Part shown: one piece after another, positions 9,515 through 18,751 of the stretch
How the letters are laid out: the number at the start of each line of letters is the position of its first letter
Numbering within the stretch: position 1 is the stretch's first letter
From: Oscillospiraceae bacterium
GTDB taxonomy: Bacteria; Bacillota; Clostridia; Oscillospirales; CAG-272
Direction: 5' to 3'
Length of the DNA: 38,111 nt
Assembly: GCA_009779295.1 (NCBI GenBank)
Contig: WREN01000002.1
Coordinates: forward strand, 1 to 38,111
Translations under genes and position numbers: made by a program
The notes under the pieces: generated by a model
Databases searched by the model: none
The model's input: the letters and a program-made list of their open reading frames with translations, nothing else
What the model was told of the DNA's origin: nothing

Positions 9515-10551
9515 TGAACGATAACATGAAAAAATACAAGCCGGATTGGACCGAAGCGAAACAGCGCATGACCGATTGGTGGAACGGCAAAAAAGTAGAC
9601 CGCGTCGTCGCGAGCGTCCGCGCGCCGAAACCTGTTGATAACCTTCCGCCGTACATCGGCCGCGTGCCGGACAAATACACCGATCACGATACTGTGTTCC
9701 ACAACTTAGACCGCGCGCTGAATTCCACTTTATACTATGCGGAGGCGTTCCCGTTCCATTTCGTGTACTTCGGACCGATGTTCACGGTCACGTATTTCGG
9801 CGCGGAACCGACGTTCACCGAAACTACTACTTGGTACAAGCCGAATTTTCAAACGCTCGATGAGATAATCGCGTACAAGCCGGATTTTCCCAACAATAAA
9901 TGGTGGAACATAAGTATGGATATCCAAAAAAAATCCGTCGAACGCGCCGACGGCAGCTATTTGGTTACGGGGATTGGGTTCAGTTCGTACATTGATATCC
10001 TGGACGCTTTGCTCGGCACGGAAAAACTGTTGTGCGCGATGGTCCAAGAACCGGAAAAAGTCATTGCGGCGCGCGATAATTTGATAAAACATACCGCAAT
10101 CGAACGTGAAAACGGCGACGGAAGTATAAGCTGGCTCGGAATTTGGACGCCGGACAAAACGACGTGCAACCAGTGCGACCTGTGCGTCATGATTTCGCCG
10201 GAAATGTTTGACAGGTTCGTGTTCGACGATTTGAAATCCACTTACGATCAGCTTGACCGCGGAATGTATCACCTTGACGGCGAAGAGGAGATAAGACATT
10301 TGGATTCGCTGTTCCGTTTGGAGAAACTGCAAATGATTCAGTGGGTGCCGAACAGAAACCATGACCCGTTAAACTGGATCGACTTGTTCAAGCGCATACA
10401 AAACGCGGGTAGAAGCGTTCTCATCAGCACGCCGTACACAAGAGTCCGGGAACTCTTGGATAAACTCGACCGCGATCTGGTGTACCTTGACGTGTGGTGC
10501 CCGAACGAGGAGGAAGCAAATCAAGTCATGCGCGAACTTGAGAGAAAATGA
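9511..10551 (+). CDS. Uroporphyrinogen decarboxylase/methyltransferase (URO-D-like) family protein
   Basis: QCDLCVMISPEMFDRFV, YHLDGEE, IQWVP motifs typical of the clostridial URO-D-like family. Substrate unknown. Confidence 0.7.
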   Translation: MMNDNMKKYKPDWTEAKQRMTDWWNGKKVDRVVASVRAPKPVDNLPPYIGRVPDKYTDHDTVFHNLDRALNSTLYYAEAFPFHFVYFGPMFTVTYFGAEPTFTETTTWYKPNFQTLDEIIAYKPDFPNNKWWNISMDIQKKSVERADGSYLVTGIGFSSYIDILDALLGTEKLLCAMVQEPEKVIAARDNLIKHTAIERENGDGSISWLGIWTPDKTTCNQCDLCVMISPEMFDRFVFDDLKSTYDQLDRGMYHLDGEEEIRHLDSLFRLEKLQMIQWVPNRNHDPLNWIDLFKRIQNAGRSVLISTPYTRVRELLDKLDRDLVYLDVWCPNEEEANQVMRELERK

Positions 10552-11075
10552 GATTTGACGTTACGTAAACGCCCTTTATAAACTTCATGGAGTTCCGGCA
10601 GATCGCAGAAATCGGCCGGCTTGATGAGGTTTATTTTTTTCGGGAATTTCAGCGCGCCGTTGGTGTAAAGGATGTGCGCGACGAACTGCGAACACACAAA
10701 ATGATACCGCCGCTCGATAGAAATGCCGAAGTTGTACATAATCAATCCGATAAGGTTGTATTTGTACGCGTCGTAGTTGTTCAGCATATCGCCGATCCGC
10801 GATTTGATGGATTCGTATGTATCTTCGTTGATTTCGAGCTCATAAAGCGCGCAAGGCGCGTCGCCGTTACGGGCGAAAATTCCCGTGTCGATGTCTTCAT
10901 GGATGAATCCGGCAATAAGCGGAAAGTGGATGTTACGCCGCGCGAAACTGTAAAGTTCGTTGAGTTCTTTATCGAGCGCAATCGATGCGTGGGAGTATGT
11001 ATCGCCGTTCACCTTGCGGATAATCCGGGCGGGGAGCGTATTTGTTTTTGTCAGCAGGATGTAAACCGATTTCAT
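10521..11075 (-). CDS. Permuted papain-like (NlpC/P60, YiiX-like) protein
   Basis: YSHASIA (His) precedes FVCSQFVA (Cys), the permuted order. YKYNLIGL. Overlaps the convergent gene by 31 nt. Confidence 0.7.
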   Translation of the reverse strand: MKSVYILLTKTNTLPARIIRKVNGDTYSHASIALDKELNELYSFARRNIHFPLIAGFIHEDIDTGIFARNGDAPCALYELEINEDTYESIKSRIGDMLNNYDAYKYNLIGLIMYNFGISIERRYHFVCSQFVAHILYTNGALKFPKKINLIKPADFCDLPELHEVYKGRLRNVKSHFLSSSRMT

Positions 11076-11147
11076 AAATTATTATCACCTGTGGGTATTA
11101 TATCACAGATTTGCTACGTTGTAAAGGGAGAAAATATATTTTGGATA

Positions 11148-11176
11148 TTGACAAGTATTTTAAATTATGGTATATT
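11148..11176 (+). promoter_or_regulatory. Sigma-70/A promoter of the mlrC-SBP cluster
   Basis: TTGACA-17 nt-TATATT with extended TG. Confidence 0.75.
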
Positions 11177-11187
11177 ATGATGTAACA

Positions 11188-11199
11188 GCAAACGTTTTC
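11188..11199. promoter_or_regulatory. Possible LacI-family operator
   Basis: GCAAACGTTTTC, an imperfect palindrome with a central CG just downstream of the predicted TSS. Confidence 0.45.
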
Positions 11200-11207
11200 A
11201 AAAATAA

Positions 11208-11273
11208 AAACACCCGGCGCTACGGCGCCACCCTCTTTACCCGCGCCAATAAATTGGCGCTAAAGAGGGCAAG
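11208..11273 (+). repeat. Double-hairpin REP-like unit (singlet) with an inserted palindrome
   Basis: 11208-11240 matches 35252-35284 at 32/33 nt. The second hairpin CCCTCTTT..AAAGAGGG carries the insert GCGCCAATAAATTGGCGC. Confidence 0.85.
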
Positions 11274-11284
11274 GAAGTAATGCC

Positions 11285-12637
11285 ATGAAAATTTTTATAG
11301 GCTCAATACAAATGGAAGTAAACACGTTAAGCCCGCTTCGGAATACCATCGAAGCGTTTAATTTCGTCGAAGGCGACAGGATGTTAACAAAAACGCCCGC
11401 GACGGAAGTTTTCGCCGAATGTGAAGTAATCCCGTCAATTTACGGCAACGCTTTGCCTTCGGGTCCGCTCGCGAAAGAAGTGTTCGGCGAACTGTTGGGC
11501 AAGCTCGTCACATCGCTCAAAAACGCCGGTAATGTTGACGGCGTTTGGCTCTATCTTCACGGCGCGCTCGAAGTGGACGGCGCAGGGAGCGGCGACCTCG
11601 CGATCGTCAAAGCGCTGCGTGAAGTAACCGGCTACAACATTCCCTATGCGGTCGCGCTGGACTTTCACGCCAACAACGACGAGGATATCGTCAACCATTG
11701 CAATATCATCTGCGGTTACCGCACGGCTCCGCACGCCGATATGGAAGCAACGCAGATCAAAGCCGCCAAACTGCTGCTGTATTGCCTGCGCAACAAAATA
11801 ATGCCGCGATGTATCATCAAAACCATCCCGGCGATTGTCGCGGGCGACACGATAATCACGGCCGAAACACCCTATCAAATACTCGACAAGCGTCTGCGCG
11901 AGATCGACAACGATTCGCGCATACTGAACATTTCGTTTTTCAGCGGGCAGAATTGGGCGGACGTTCCCAACAACCACGCGAGCGTAGTCGTATGCTACGC
12001 AAACGAACAGGAGAATATCGCTGTTGCGAATGGTTATGCCGGTGAGATTGCCGGCATATATTGGAACATCAAAGCCAAATTCAAGTTTCAGGTCGAAACT
12101 TACATGCCTGAAGAAGCGTTGAAGCGCTGTATGGAATATACGGATTCGCCTGTATTTTGCAGCGATTCCGGCGACAACGTAACCGCGGGAGCGGGCGGCG
12201 GAAGCACGTTATTGCTGTCTTTGGCAATCAAACTTGGTATGAAAAAAACTCTCTTCGCGGGCATTTACAGCCCTGAATTATACGAACAATGTAAACGCGG
12301 CACAATCAACGGCGCGACCGTCAAAAAGCATTGTGAAATATTGAGCTGGAGCGACGAACCGGCAGGCGGAGGATTTTTAATCACGATGGGAGGTATTGAC
12401 GTTATCGTTACTGAAAACCGCTGCGGATTCATCTCGCCTGAAATCATCGAATCCGGCGGCGTTAAAATCGGCGAATATAATATTATTGTAGTCAAACTTG
12501 GATACTTATATCCAAAACTTGCTGAAATCGCGAAAAAAGCGATTCTTGCGTTCACGCCCGGCGACAGCTGCGTGGATATCAAACAGTTGAAATTTAAAAA
12601 CATTAAAAGACCGTGTTACCCTTTTGATGTTTTTTGA
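11285..12637 (+). CDS. M81-family metallopeptidase (MlrC-like)
   Basis: EVNTLSP, LYLHGAL, ALDFHAN, YRTAPHAD, SDSGDNVTAGAGG, IVVK. Confidence 0.88.
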   Translation: MKIFIGSIQMEVNTLSPLRNTIEAFNFVEGDRMLTKTPATEVFAECEVIPSIYGNALPSGPLAKEVFGELLGKLVTSLKNAGNVDGVWLYLHGALEVDGAGSGDLAIVKALREVTGYNIPYAVALDFHANNDEDIVNHCNIICGYRTAPHADMEATQIKAAKLLLYCLRNKIMPRCIIKTIPAIVAGDTIITAETPYQILDKRLREIDNDSRILNISFFSGQNWADVPNNHASVVVCYANEQENIAVANGYAGEIAGIYWNIKAKFKFQVETYMPEEALKRCMEYTDSPVFCSDSGDNVTAGAGGGSTLLLSLAIKLGMKKTLFAGIYSPELYEQCKRGTINGATVKKHCEILSWSDEPAGGGFLITMGGIDVIVTENRCGFISPEIIESGGVKIGEYNIIVVKLGYLYPKLAEIAKKAILAFTPGDSCVDIKQLKFKNIKRPCYPFDVF

Positions 12638-12677
12638 TGAAAATTTATAAATTTAAATATTAAATGGAGGAAAGATT

Positions 12678-14153
12678 ATGTTCAATTTAAAAAAGGCGTT
12701 ATGTTTCGCGCTGATTTTATGCTTTTTAGTTACGACGGTACTTGCGGCATGTTCCAAAAGCGAAGAACCATTAAATGTCAATACTGGGGGGGGGCAATAC
12801 CTTCCCGACGACGTACTCATTGACAGCCTTGAAGCGAGACGGTTTGTTTCAGACGAGGTTCCCGCGATGAATTTCAACGGAGCGGAATTCAGGATAGTGA
12901 CCCAGACGCATGAATCAGGTAATATTATTCAGGAAGAAGCTACCGGAGATACAATTAAAGACGTAATTTACGAAAGAACCGTCGCGGTTGAAGACAGGTT
13001 CAACATCAAATTTGTATTGATCCCTGACACATACTGGGAAAATAACAATTATGTAACTAAAGTCGTTATGGCGAACGAGGACGCGTTCGATTTCTTTTAC
13101 GGTCAGGGCGTGTCAACTTCCGAAGTGGTTTTGAAAAAGTTGATGCTGTCGTGGGAATATATCCCATACGTTGATTTTTCCAAACCGTGGTGGTCTTCGA
13201 GTACGGTTGACGACTTGTCGGTACTCGGCAAGACCTATTTAGCGATCGGCGACTTTTCGCTCTCATCGCAAACAACGACATACTGTATGTATTACAACAA
13301 AATGCACGCGGAAAGATATATGCTTCCCGATATGTATGACGTTGTTAAAAAAGGTCAATGGACGGCCGATAAACTTCTTGAACTCACAAAAGACATTTAC
13401 GAAGACCTTAACGGCGACGGCGTAAAAGATTCCGAAGACTTTTTCGGTTATTCGGGTTCTCCGCTCAGTCCTATCAACGCGTTCCTTCAGTCGTTTGACA
13501 ACCCGATCATGAAGAAAGACGAAACCGGTATCCCGCAGGTAGTATTGAAAACGCCGAAAATGACGGATCTCATTGAAAAGCTCAAATATCTGCACTTTGA
13601 AAACCCGGGTTCATGGTGCGATAAAAACGATGATTATTCTAAAGGCAACAGCGGGTCGGTGCTTTTCGTCGGAAGCCGCTGCATATTCATAACCGGCGGG
13701 CTTAACTATGGTTTCCGCGCACTTGAAGAGGATTACGGAATTATCCCGTATCCGAAGTGGGACGAGATTCAGGACAGATACAAAACTATGTCGGACGGAG
13801 GCATGTCTCTGTTCGCGATACCGATAACCGCGAGTAACCTTGAGATGATCGGCGCGGTAACGGAAGTTCTGAACGCGGAGAGCTGGAAGTATCTGATGCC
13901 GGCATACTACGACATCGCGCTCAAAGTCAAGAGCGTCAGGGACGAGCAGTCGATCGAGATGATCGAGCTTATCATGGACGGGCGCGTATACGATTTCGGC
14001 TACACGTTCGATAACTGGCAGGGTATGGGGTTCGTCGTCGAATGGCTCTTGCGGAGCGAGCAGAGTTTCGAAACATGGTACGCGGCGAACGAAACTAAAG
14101 CTCTGACGCATTATACTAAGATGGTCAATGTGTTCTTGGGGATAGAGGATTAG
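12678..14153 (+). CDS. Extracellular solute-binding lipoprotein (carbohydrate ABC SBP-like)
   Basis: Lipobox LAAC, DFSKPWW, GQWTADK, DLNGDGVKDSED loop, YGIIPYPKWDEIQ. Confidence 0.85.
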   Translation: MFNLKKALCFALILCFLVTTVLAACSKSEEPLNVNTGGGQYLPDDVLIDSLEARRFVSDEVPAMNFNGAEFRIVTQTHESGNIIQEEATGDTIKDVIYERTVAVEDRFNIKFVLIPDTYWENNNYVTKVVMANEDAFDFFYGQGVSTSEVVLKKLMLSWEYIPYVDFSKPWWSSSTVDDLSVLGKTYLAIGDFSLSSQTTTYCMYYNKMHAERYMLPDMYDVVKKGQWTADKLLELTKDIYEDLNGDGVKDSEDFFGYSGSPLSPINAFLQSFDNPIMKKDETGIPQVVLKTPKMTDLIEKLKYLHFENPGSWCDKNDDYSKGNSGSVLFVGSRCIFITGGLNYGFRALEEDYGIIPYPKWDEIQDRYKTMSDGGMSLFAIPITASNLEMIGAVTEVLNAESWKYLMPAYYDIALKVKSVRDEQSIEMIELIMDGRVYDFGYTFDNWQGMGFVVEWLLRSEQSFETWYAANETKALTHYTKMVNVFLGIED

Positions 14154-14158
14154 GGAAC

Positions 14159-14300
14159 GGAATCCCCCTTGTCAAACGCCAACAAGTTGGCGATGTGACA
14201 TCCCCCCTTTAGCAAGGGGGGCAAGAAAGAGAAAGAAACGGAAATCGCAACCTCCTTGCCTCCATTGCCAAAGGGGGGTGCCCGAAGGGCGGGGGGATTC
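14159..14300. repeat. Inverted doublet of double-hairpin REP-like units
   Basis: Left GGAATCCCCC-TTGTCA..TGACA-TCCCCCCTTTAGCAAGGGGGG. Right unit inverted, ...AAAGGGGGGTGCCCGAAGGGCGGGGGGATTC. Confidence 0.85.
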
Positions 14301-14319
14301 TACAAAGGAGTATGATAAA

Positions 14320-15423
14320 ATGAAAACCTTAACAACAAGAGAAAGATTCATCCGCACATTAACAGGTCAGGAAGTAGACCGCGTGCCGTTCATGAAAGTA
14401 TTCGGCGGCGACGCCGCGGTTATTCCGCCCTGGCTGGAAAAATATCCGAGCCTGCCGCGAATCATCGACGAACTGTTGAAATTCGAGGGCGGCTACAGAG
14501 GCTGGAGGATCACGCCCGTAAACTTTAATCTGTGCGGTCCGGTCACTTACGAAGTTATCGCCGAAACCGACAATGACCGAACCGTGAAAAGCAGTATCGG
14601 GCAAGTAACCATACAAAATAAAAGCGGCAATTTTCACTCCCACCACGTCGAATACCCTGTCAAAACCCCAAACGATTGGGACAGGATAAAATCGACGTAT
14701 CTCGACCCATACGACCCTGCGCGTTTCCCCAAAGACTGGGAATTATACGCGCTGTTATACAAAGACCGCGAGTTCCCGCTGCAGCTTACGCACGGCGGCG
14801 TTTACGGGTTCGCCCGCAACATGATGGGCGACGAGAACCTGTGCTACGCCATCTACGACGAGCCGGAACTGGTGCGCGACATTATGGACACGTACACCGA
14901 TATGTGTTTAAAACTCTGGGAAATCATGTGCCGCGACGTGCAGTTCGATTTAGTCGAATTCTGGGAGGATATGGCGAGCAAGACGGGCTCGATCATTTCG
15001 CCGGATTCGTTCAACGAGTTCATGGCTCCGAATTACAGAAAAGTCTGTGATTTCGCCGCCGCGCATAAAATCCCGATCCTGCTCGTAGACAGCGACGGCT
15101 ACACCGACGAACTCGCGCACCTGATGGCGGCTAACGGCGTCAACTCGCTTTATCCGTTTGAAGTCGGCGCGGGCTGCGATACGTTGAAAGTCTTGCGCGA
15201 ACTCCCGACTATGAGCGCGATAGGCTGTCTTGAGAAGAACGCCTGCGCATTAGGCAAGGACGCAATCGACGAGCAAATGGAAATCGCGCGCAAGCTCATC
15301 AAAAATGGGCGCTGCATACCCGGCACCGACCATTTCGTAATGTACGACGCGTCGTTTGAGAACTACAAATATTTCATGAATTCACTGCGCGAAGTTATTT
15401 TAACTACAAAACCGGGAGGATAA
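14320..15423 (+). CDS. Uroporphyrinogen decarboxylase-like family protein
   Basis: MKTLTTRERF..VDRVP, GDENLCYAIYDEPELV, EDMASKTGSIISP, VDSDG, IPGTDH. True start ATG 14320 behind AAGGAG. Confidence 0.8.
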   Translation: MKTLTTRERFIRTLTGQEVDRVPFMKVFGGDAAVIPPWLEKYPSLPRIIDELLKFEGGYRGWRITPVNFNLCGPVTYEVIAETDNDRTVKSSIGQVTIQNKSGNFHSHHVEYPVKTPNDWDRIKSTYLDPYDPARFPKDWELYALLYKDREFPLQLTHGGVYGFARNMMGDENLCYAIYDEPELVRDIMDTYTDMCLKLWEIMCRDVQFDLVEFWEDMASKTGSIISPDSFNEFMAPNYRKVCDFAAAHKIPILLVDSDGYTDELAHLMAANGVNSLYPFEVGAGCDTLKVLRELPTMSAIGCLEKNACALGKDAIDEQMEIARKLIKNGRCIPGTDHFVMYDASFENYKYFMNSLREVILTTKPGG

Positions 15424-15427
15424 TAAA

Positions 15428-17950
15428 ATGATAACATTTGAAAACAAATATTTGCGCTATTCTTTTGAAGAAAACGGCAATATAACGGAATTTACCATCG
15501 GCGGCAAGAATCTTTCAACGAGCGGAAATTTCGCCGCGCTTTACAAAGAGAAAGGTTCCGCGGCGTTGACTCCGACAATTTTACTCAACAATAATATCTT
15601 AACCGTCAGTTTCGGCGACATTTCGTTTGAGATTGAAGTCACGGTTTATGATGAGTACATCACCTATAAAGTTATTTCCGCGTCCGAAAACGTTTACAAA
15701 TTCGTGTACGGCGCGGTCAACATCTCCGGCGGCGGCACGATGCTCGCGCTGAATAATTTCACCGAAACGCTCGGTTTTCCCGGTAAAACGAAACTCATCG
15801 GCGCTATGTGTTTCGGCAGAACGGGTATCGTCGGTTCGCAGGCGGCTTTGATAGCCGTTCCGCAGGAACGTTTGATCCCTCTTATGAAGGAGATATTAGA
15901 ACCTATCGAAATCGGCACGATGACCGTTTCCAGAGCGGGCGGTCCTTGGGCGGGCAGCGTCGAGGGCGCGAACGGCACGTACATCATTTCCGGCGAGTGT
16001 CCGGCTCCCGAGAAAGTGGACGCGCTTCTGGAGTATTACCGTTCGCTGAAGATAACGCAGGTGGATTTCCATCAGGGCGGGATGTTCAGGCAGGGGGATT
16101 TCCACTTCCATTTCCCCGGCGGGATAACGGAGTTCAGGAAGTTTTCCGACAAGCTCAAAGAGTACGGAATGATGTCGGGCTTGCACACATACGCACAGTT
16201 TATCGACCCGATGTCGAAATACGTCACGCCCGTTCCGTATAAAGAATTGGACGCGATAAAAGTTTACACGCTCGCCGAAGATATATCCACTACGGCGGAT
16301 ATAATAAAAGTATTGGAAGATACATCAAGTTTAAACACGATAACCGGCTTCTTCGTCAGGAATAGTTTATACATTCAAATCGGCGACGAAATGATAGTTT
16401 TCAGAAACGTTGACGCGGAAGGATTCAAGAACGTCGAGCGCGGCGCGCTTGGAACGAAAGTCACGGCGCATAAAAAAGGCGCGCAAGTCAAACATATGGC
16501 GCACATGTTCTGCCTGTTCGTGCCGAAGATGGATTCGGAGCTGTTTCTTGAGATCGCCCGCAACACCGCGCAGGCTTATAATGAGGGCGGGTTCGACATG
16601 ATCTATCTCGACGCGCTGGACGGCACGCCGAGCATGATAGACGATTATGAGTTCACGTGGTATTATTCCGCGAAGTTCGTAGCGGAGATTTTGAAGTACA
16701 CACAAGAAAAGCCGCCGATTCTCGAATACAGCATGATGACGCCGAGCCTTTGGTACGGGCGCACGAGAATGGGCGCGTTAGACACGCCGTTCACGGGCTA
16801 TAAGCAGTTCATTAAAGGGCATATTCACTACAACCAAAATATGGCGGAAGCGATGTATCTGTCCGGTCAGCTCGGATGGATTTCCGTTTATCCGACTACG
16901 CTTTGCCCGCTTGATTTGCTGACAGGTTATTCGACCAGATTTTTCTTCGAGGACGACGTTGATTACCTCGGCGCGAAATCGATAGCGTACAACACGGGTA
17001 TGTCTTACATCGTCGTGGCGGCGCAGGATCAGGACAAGTGGCCGGCGCTGACTAAGAATACTGAGTTGATAGGCACGTATGACAAGTTAAGGCTTGAGAA
17101 TTATTTCGCCCCGCACATAATTGAGCAATTGAAGGATTTGGACGCGGATTTCAAATTGATCGGCAATGAGTTCTACCGTATGTTCTATCCGACAAAGAAG
17201 TTGTTCAGCCCGGGCGACGATACGTTCGTCATTGACAATCCGGTGTGCGAACAGGATGCGGGTTTGCGGATTGAAAGTTTGTATTCGCTGTCGAATGAGG
17301 AAGAAGTTACGTTGCTTGAATTAGATGAGAATGAAGTCATTACGGAAGTCAAGAAGGATTTAGCGGTCACAGGTGTTCCGCTGGGAATGGGCGTTTGGAT
17401 TTACGGCAACAACGAGGGGTCGTATGTTTCAATCAAACTCAAGAGCCAGCCGCATATCGCGCACGGGATTCTTGAAAGATTGATTAAAGTCGATTTCAAC
17501 GGCTGGAAGTATTTCGAGCTCGTTGAAACCGATAACGGCGAGATTCCCGAAGCGCGCGAAGGCAAAGTCAGCTGCGATTACTCGGAGTTCAGGGAGTTCC
17601 CGCCGAATTTGAACTCGCTCGTGTATATTCACGTCAGGGTTATCGGTAAAAACGACGGTATCAAGATGCGCGACATTAAGGCGGTTTCAACAAAGGAGAA
17701 CGTGATCGTGAATCCGTCGCTCGGCGGGATTTCGTTCAAAGCTGCCATCAAGAGCGGGGAGTATTTGGATTACAGAGCCGGCGAAACTACGGCGAATGTT
17801 TACGATAAGTTCGGTAACGTCGTTGAGGTCGCTGATGTAAGCGGATATTTGAATTTGAAAACGGGCGCGAATACGACGAAGTTTAAGAGTGAAACGGAAG
17901 GCGCGAGAGTTAAACTGACGGCGATTATTAAGGGAGAGAAGATAAAATAA
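15428..17950 (+). CDS. Large hypothetical protein (840 aa), possibly glycoside-hydrolase-like barrel
   Basis: Long ORF with SD GGAGG and host-like codon usage. GLHTY and GFDMIYLDALDG recall barrel-type GH catalytic strands, but the family is not assigned. Confidence 0.6.
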   Translation: MITFENKYLRYSFEENGNITEFTIGGKNLSTSGNFAALYKEKGSAALTPTILLNNNILTVSFGDISFEIEVTVYDEYITYKVISASENVYKFVYGAVNISGGGTMLALNNFTETLGFPGKTKLIGAMCFGRTGIVGSQAALIAVPQERLIPLMKEILEPIEIGTMTVSRAGGPWAGSVEGANGTYIISGECPAPEKVDALLEYYRSLKITQVDFHQGGMFRQGDFHFHFPGGITEFRKFSDKLKEYGMMSGLHTYAQFIDPMSKYVTPVPYKELDAIKVYTLAEDISTTADIIKVLEDTSSLNTITGFFVRNSLYIQIGDEMIVFRNVDAEGFKNVERGALGTKVTAHKKGAQVKHMAHMFCLFVPKMDSELFLEIARNTAQAYNEGGFDMIYLDALDGTPSMIDDYEFTWYYSAKFVAEILKYTQEKPPILEYSMMTPSLWYGRTRMGALDTPFTGYKQFIKGHIHYNQNMAEAMYLSGQLGWISVYPTTLCPLDLLTGYSTRFFFEDDVDYLGAKSIAYNTGMSYIVVAAQDQDKWPALTKNTELIGTYDKLRLENYFAPHIIEQLKDLDADFKLIGNEFYRMFYPTKKLFSPGDDTFVIDNPVCEQDAGLRIESLYSLSNEEEVTLLELDENEVITEVKKDLAVTGVPLGMGVWIYGNNEGSYVSIKLKSQPHIAHGILERLIKVDFNGWKYFELVETDNGEIPEAREGKVSCDYSEFREFPPNLNSLVYIHVRVIGKNDGIKMRDIKAVSTKENVIVNPSLGGISFKAAIKSGEYLDYRAGETTANVYDKFGNVVEVADVSGYLNLKTGANTTKFKSETEGARVKLTAIIKGEKIK

Positions 17951-17953
17951 AAC

Positions 17954-17977
17954 AGGGACACGATACCACGTGTCCCT
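17954..17977. terminator. Palindrome between convergent genes, likely bidirectional terminator
   Basis: AGGGACACG-atacca-CGTGTCCCT, a perfect 9-bp stem followed by TCTTC. Confidence 0.65.
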
Positions 17978-17998
17978 TCTTCATATAAATTTTATACC

Positions 17999-18742
17999 CT
18001 AATTGGAATTATCCATCATTCCGAAACCGTCAACGTTCGCCTTCTGCATCGCTCCGAAAATCCGGTGTTTCAACCCTTTGTTTTCGCGCTCCAATTTATC
18101 GAGCATCACTTTCATATTTTCACGTTCCGTGTTCTCGTCTTCGGGGCACGGATTCTTTATCAACGGAAGCGGCGGATTGCGGTTTATAAAATAACGTATT
18201 TCTTTTTCGCGCACATAAATAAGCGGCCTTATCATAGTTATATTCTTGCGGCTCAAATATGTTACGGGCGAAAACGCGCCGATCCTGCCTTCGTTGAACA
18301 AATTCAGCATAAAAGTTTCGACGGCGTCGTCGAAATGGTGCCCGAGCGCGATTTTGTTACAGTTCATGGCGACAACCGCGTCGTGAAGTATGCCGCGCCT
18401 CATCCGCGAACATAACGAACACGGGTTAGATTCTTTGCGCGTTTCAAAAATTAGTTTTGCGAGTTGGGTGGGGATTATTTTGTATTCGATTTCAAGTTCG
18501 GCGCAGAATTTTATCAGCGGCTCAAAATCGATTCCGAATCCCATGTCAACCGTTACGGCGCAGAGTTCGTATCGTTTCGGATAGAACAAACGCATGTTGT
18601 AAAGCATACACAGCAGCGCGATCGAATCTTTTCCGCCCGACAACCCGACCGCTATGCGGTCGCCTTCGGCTATCATGCCGTAATCCTCAACCGCTTTGCG
18701 TCCGTGGCTTAAAATACGACGGATATTATTAAATTGAATCAC
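17999..18742 (-). CDS. ttcA: tRNA 2-thiocytidine biosynthesis protein (TtcA family)
   Basis: PP-loop SGGKDS, PCSLCSRMRRG, IALGHHFDDAVET, IRPLIY. Confidence 0.88.
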   Translation of the reverse strand: MIQFNNIRRILSHGRKAVEDYGMIAEGDRIAVGLSGGKDSIALLCMLYNMRLFYPKRYELCAVTVDMGFGIDFEPLIKFCAELEIEYKIIPTQLAKLIFETRKESNPCSLCSRMRRGILHDAVVAMNCNKIALGHHFDDAVETFMLNLFNEGRIGAFSPVTYLSRKNITMIRPLIYVREKEIRYFINRNPPLPLIKNPCPEDENTERENMKVMLDKLERENKGLKHRIFGAMQKANVDGFGMMDNSN

Positions 18743-18751
18743 TTTTTTACT

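Noticed and set aside
11180-11284. Riboswitch or T-box in the mlrC leader
   Set aside because: The structure is explained by a repeat-family copy (32/33 nt match to 35252-35284), and no aptamer or T-box motif was recognised.
12786-12794. G homopolymer in the SBP gene as a contingency locus
   Set aside because: It encodes GGG in a linker, the frame is intact, and one sequence gives no evidence of variation.
14278-14319. N-terminal extensions in the ORF track (14278, 24553, 25804, 28029, 29005, 31185, 33451)
   Set aside because: Better SD-linked ATGs lie downstream. The 14278 extension is translated repeat sequence.
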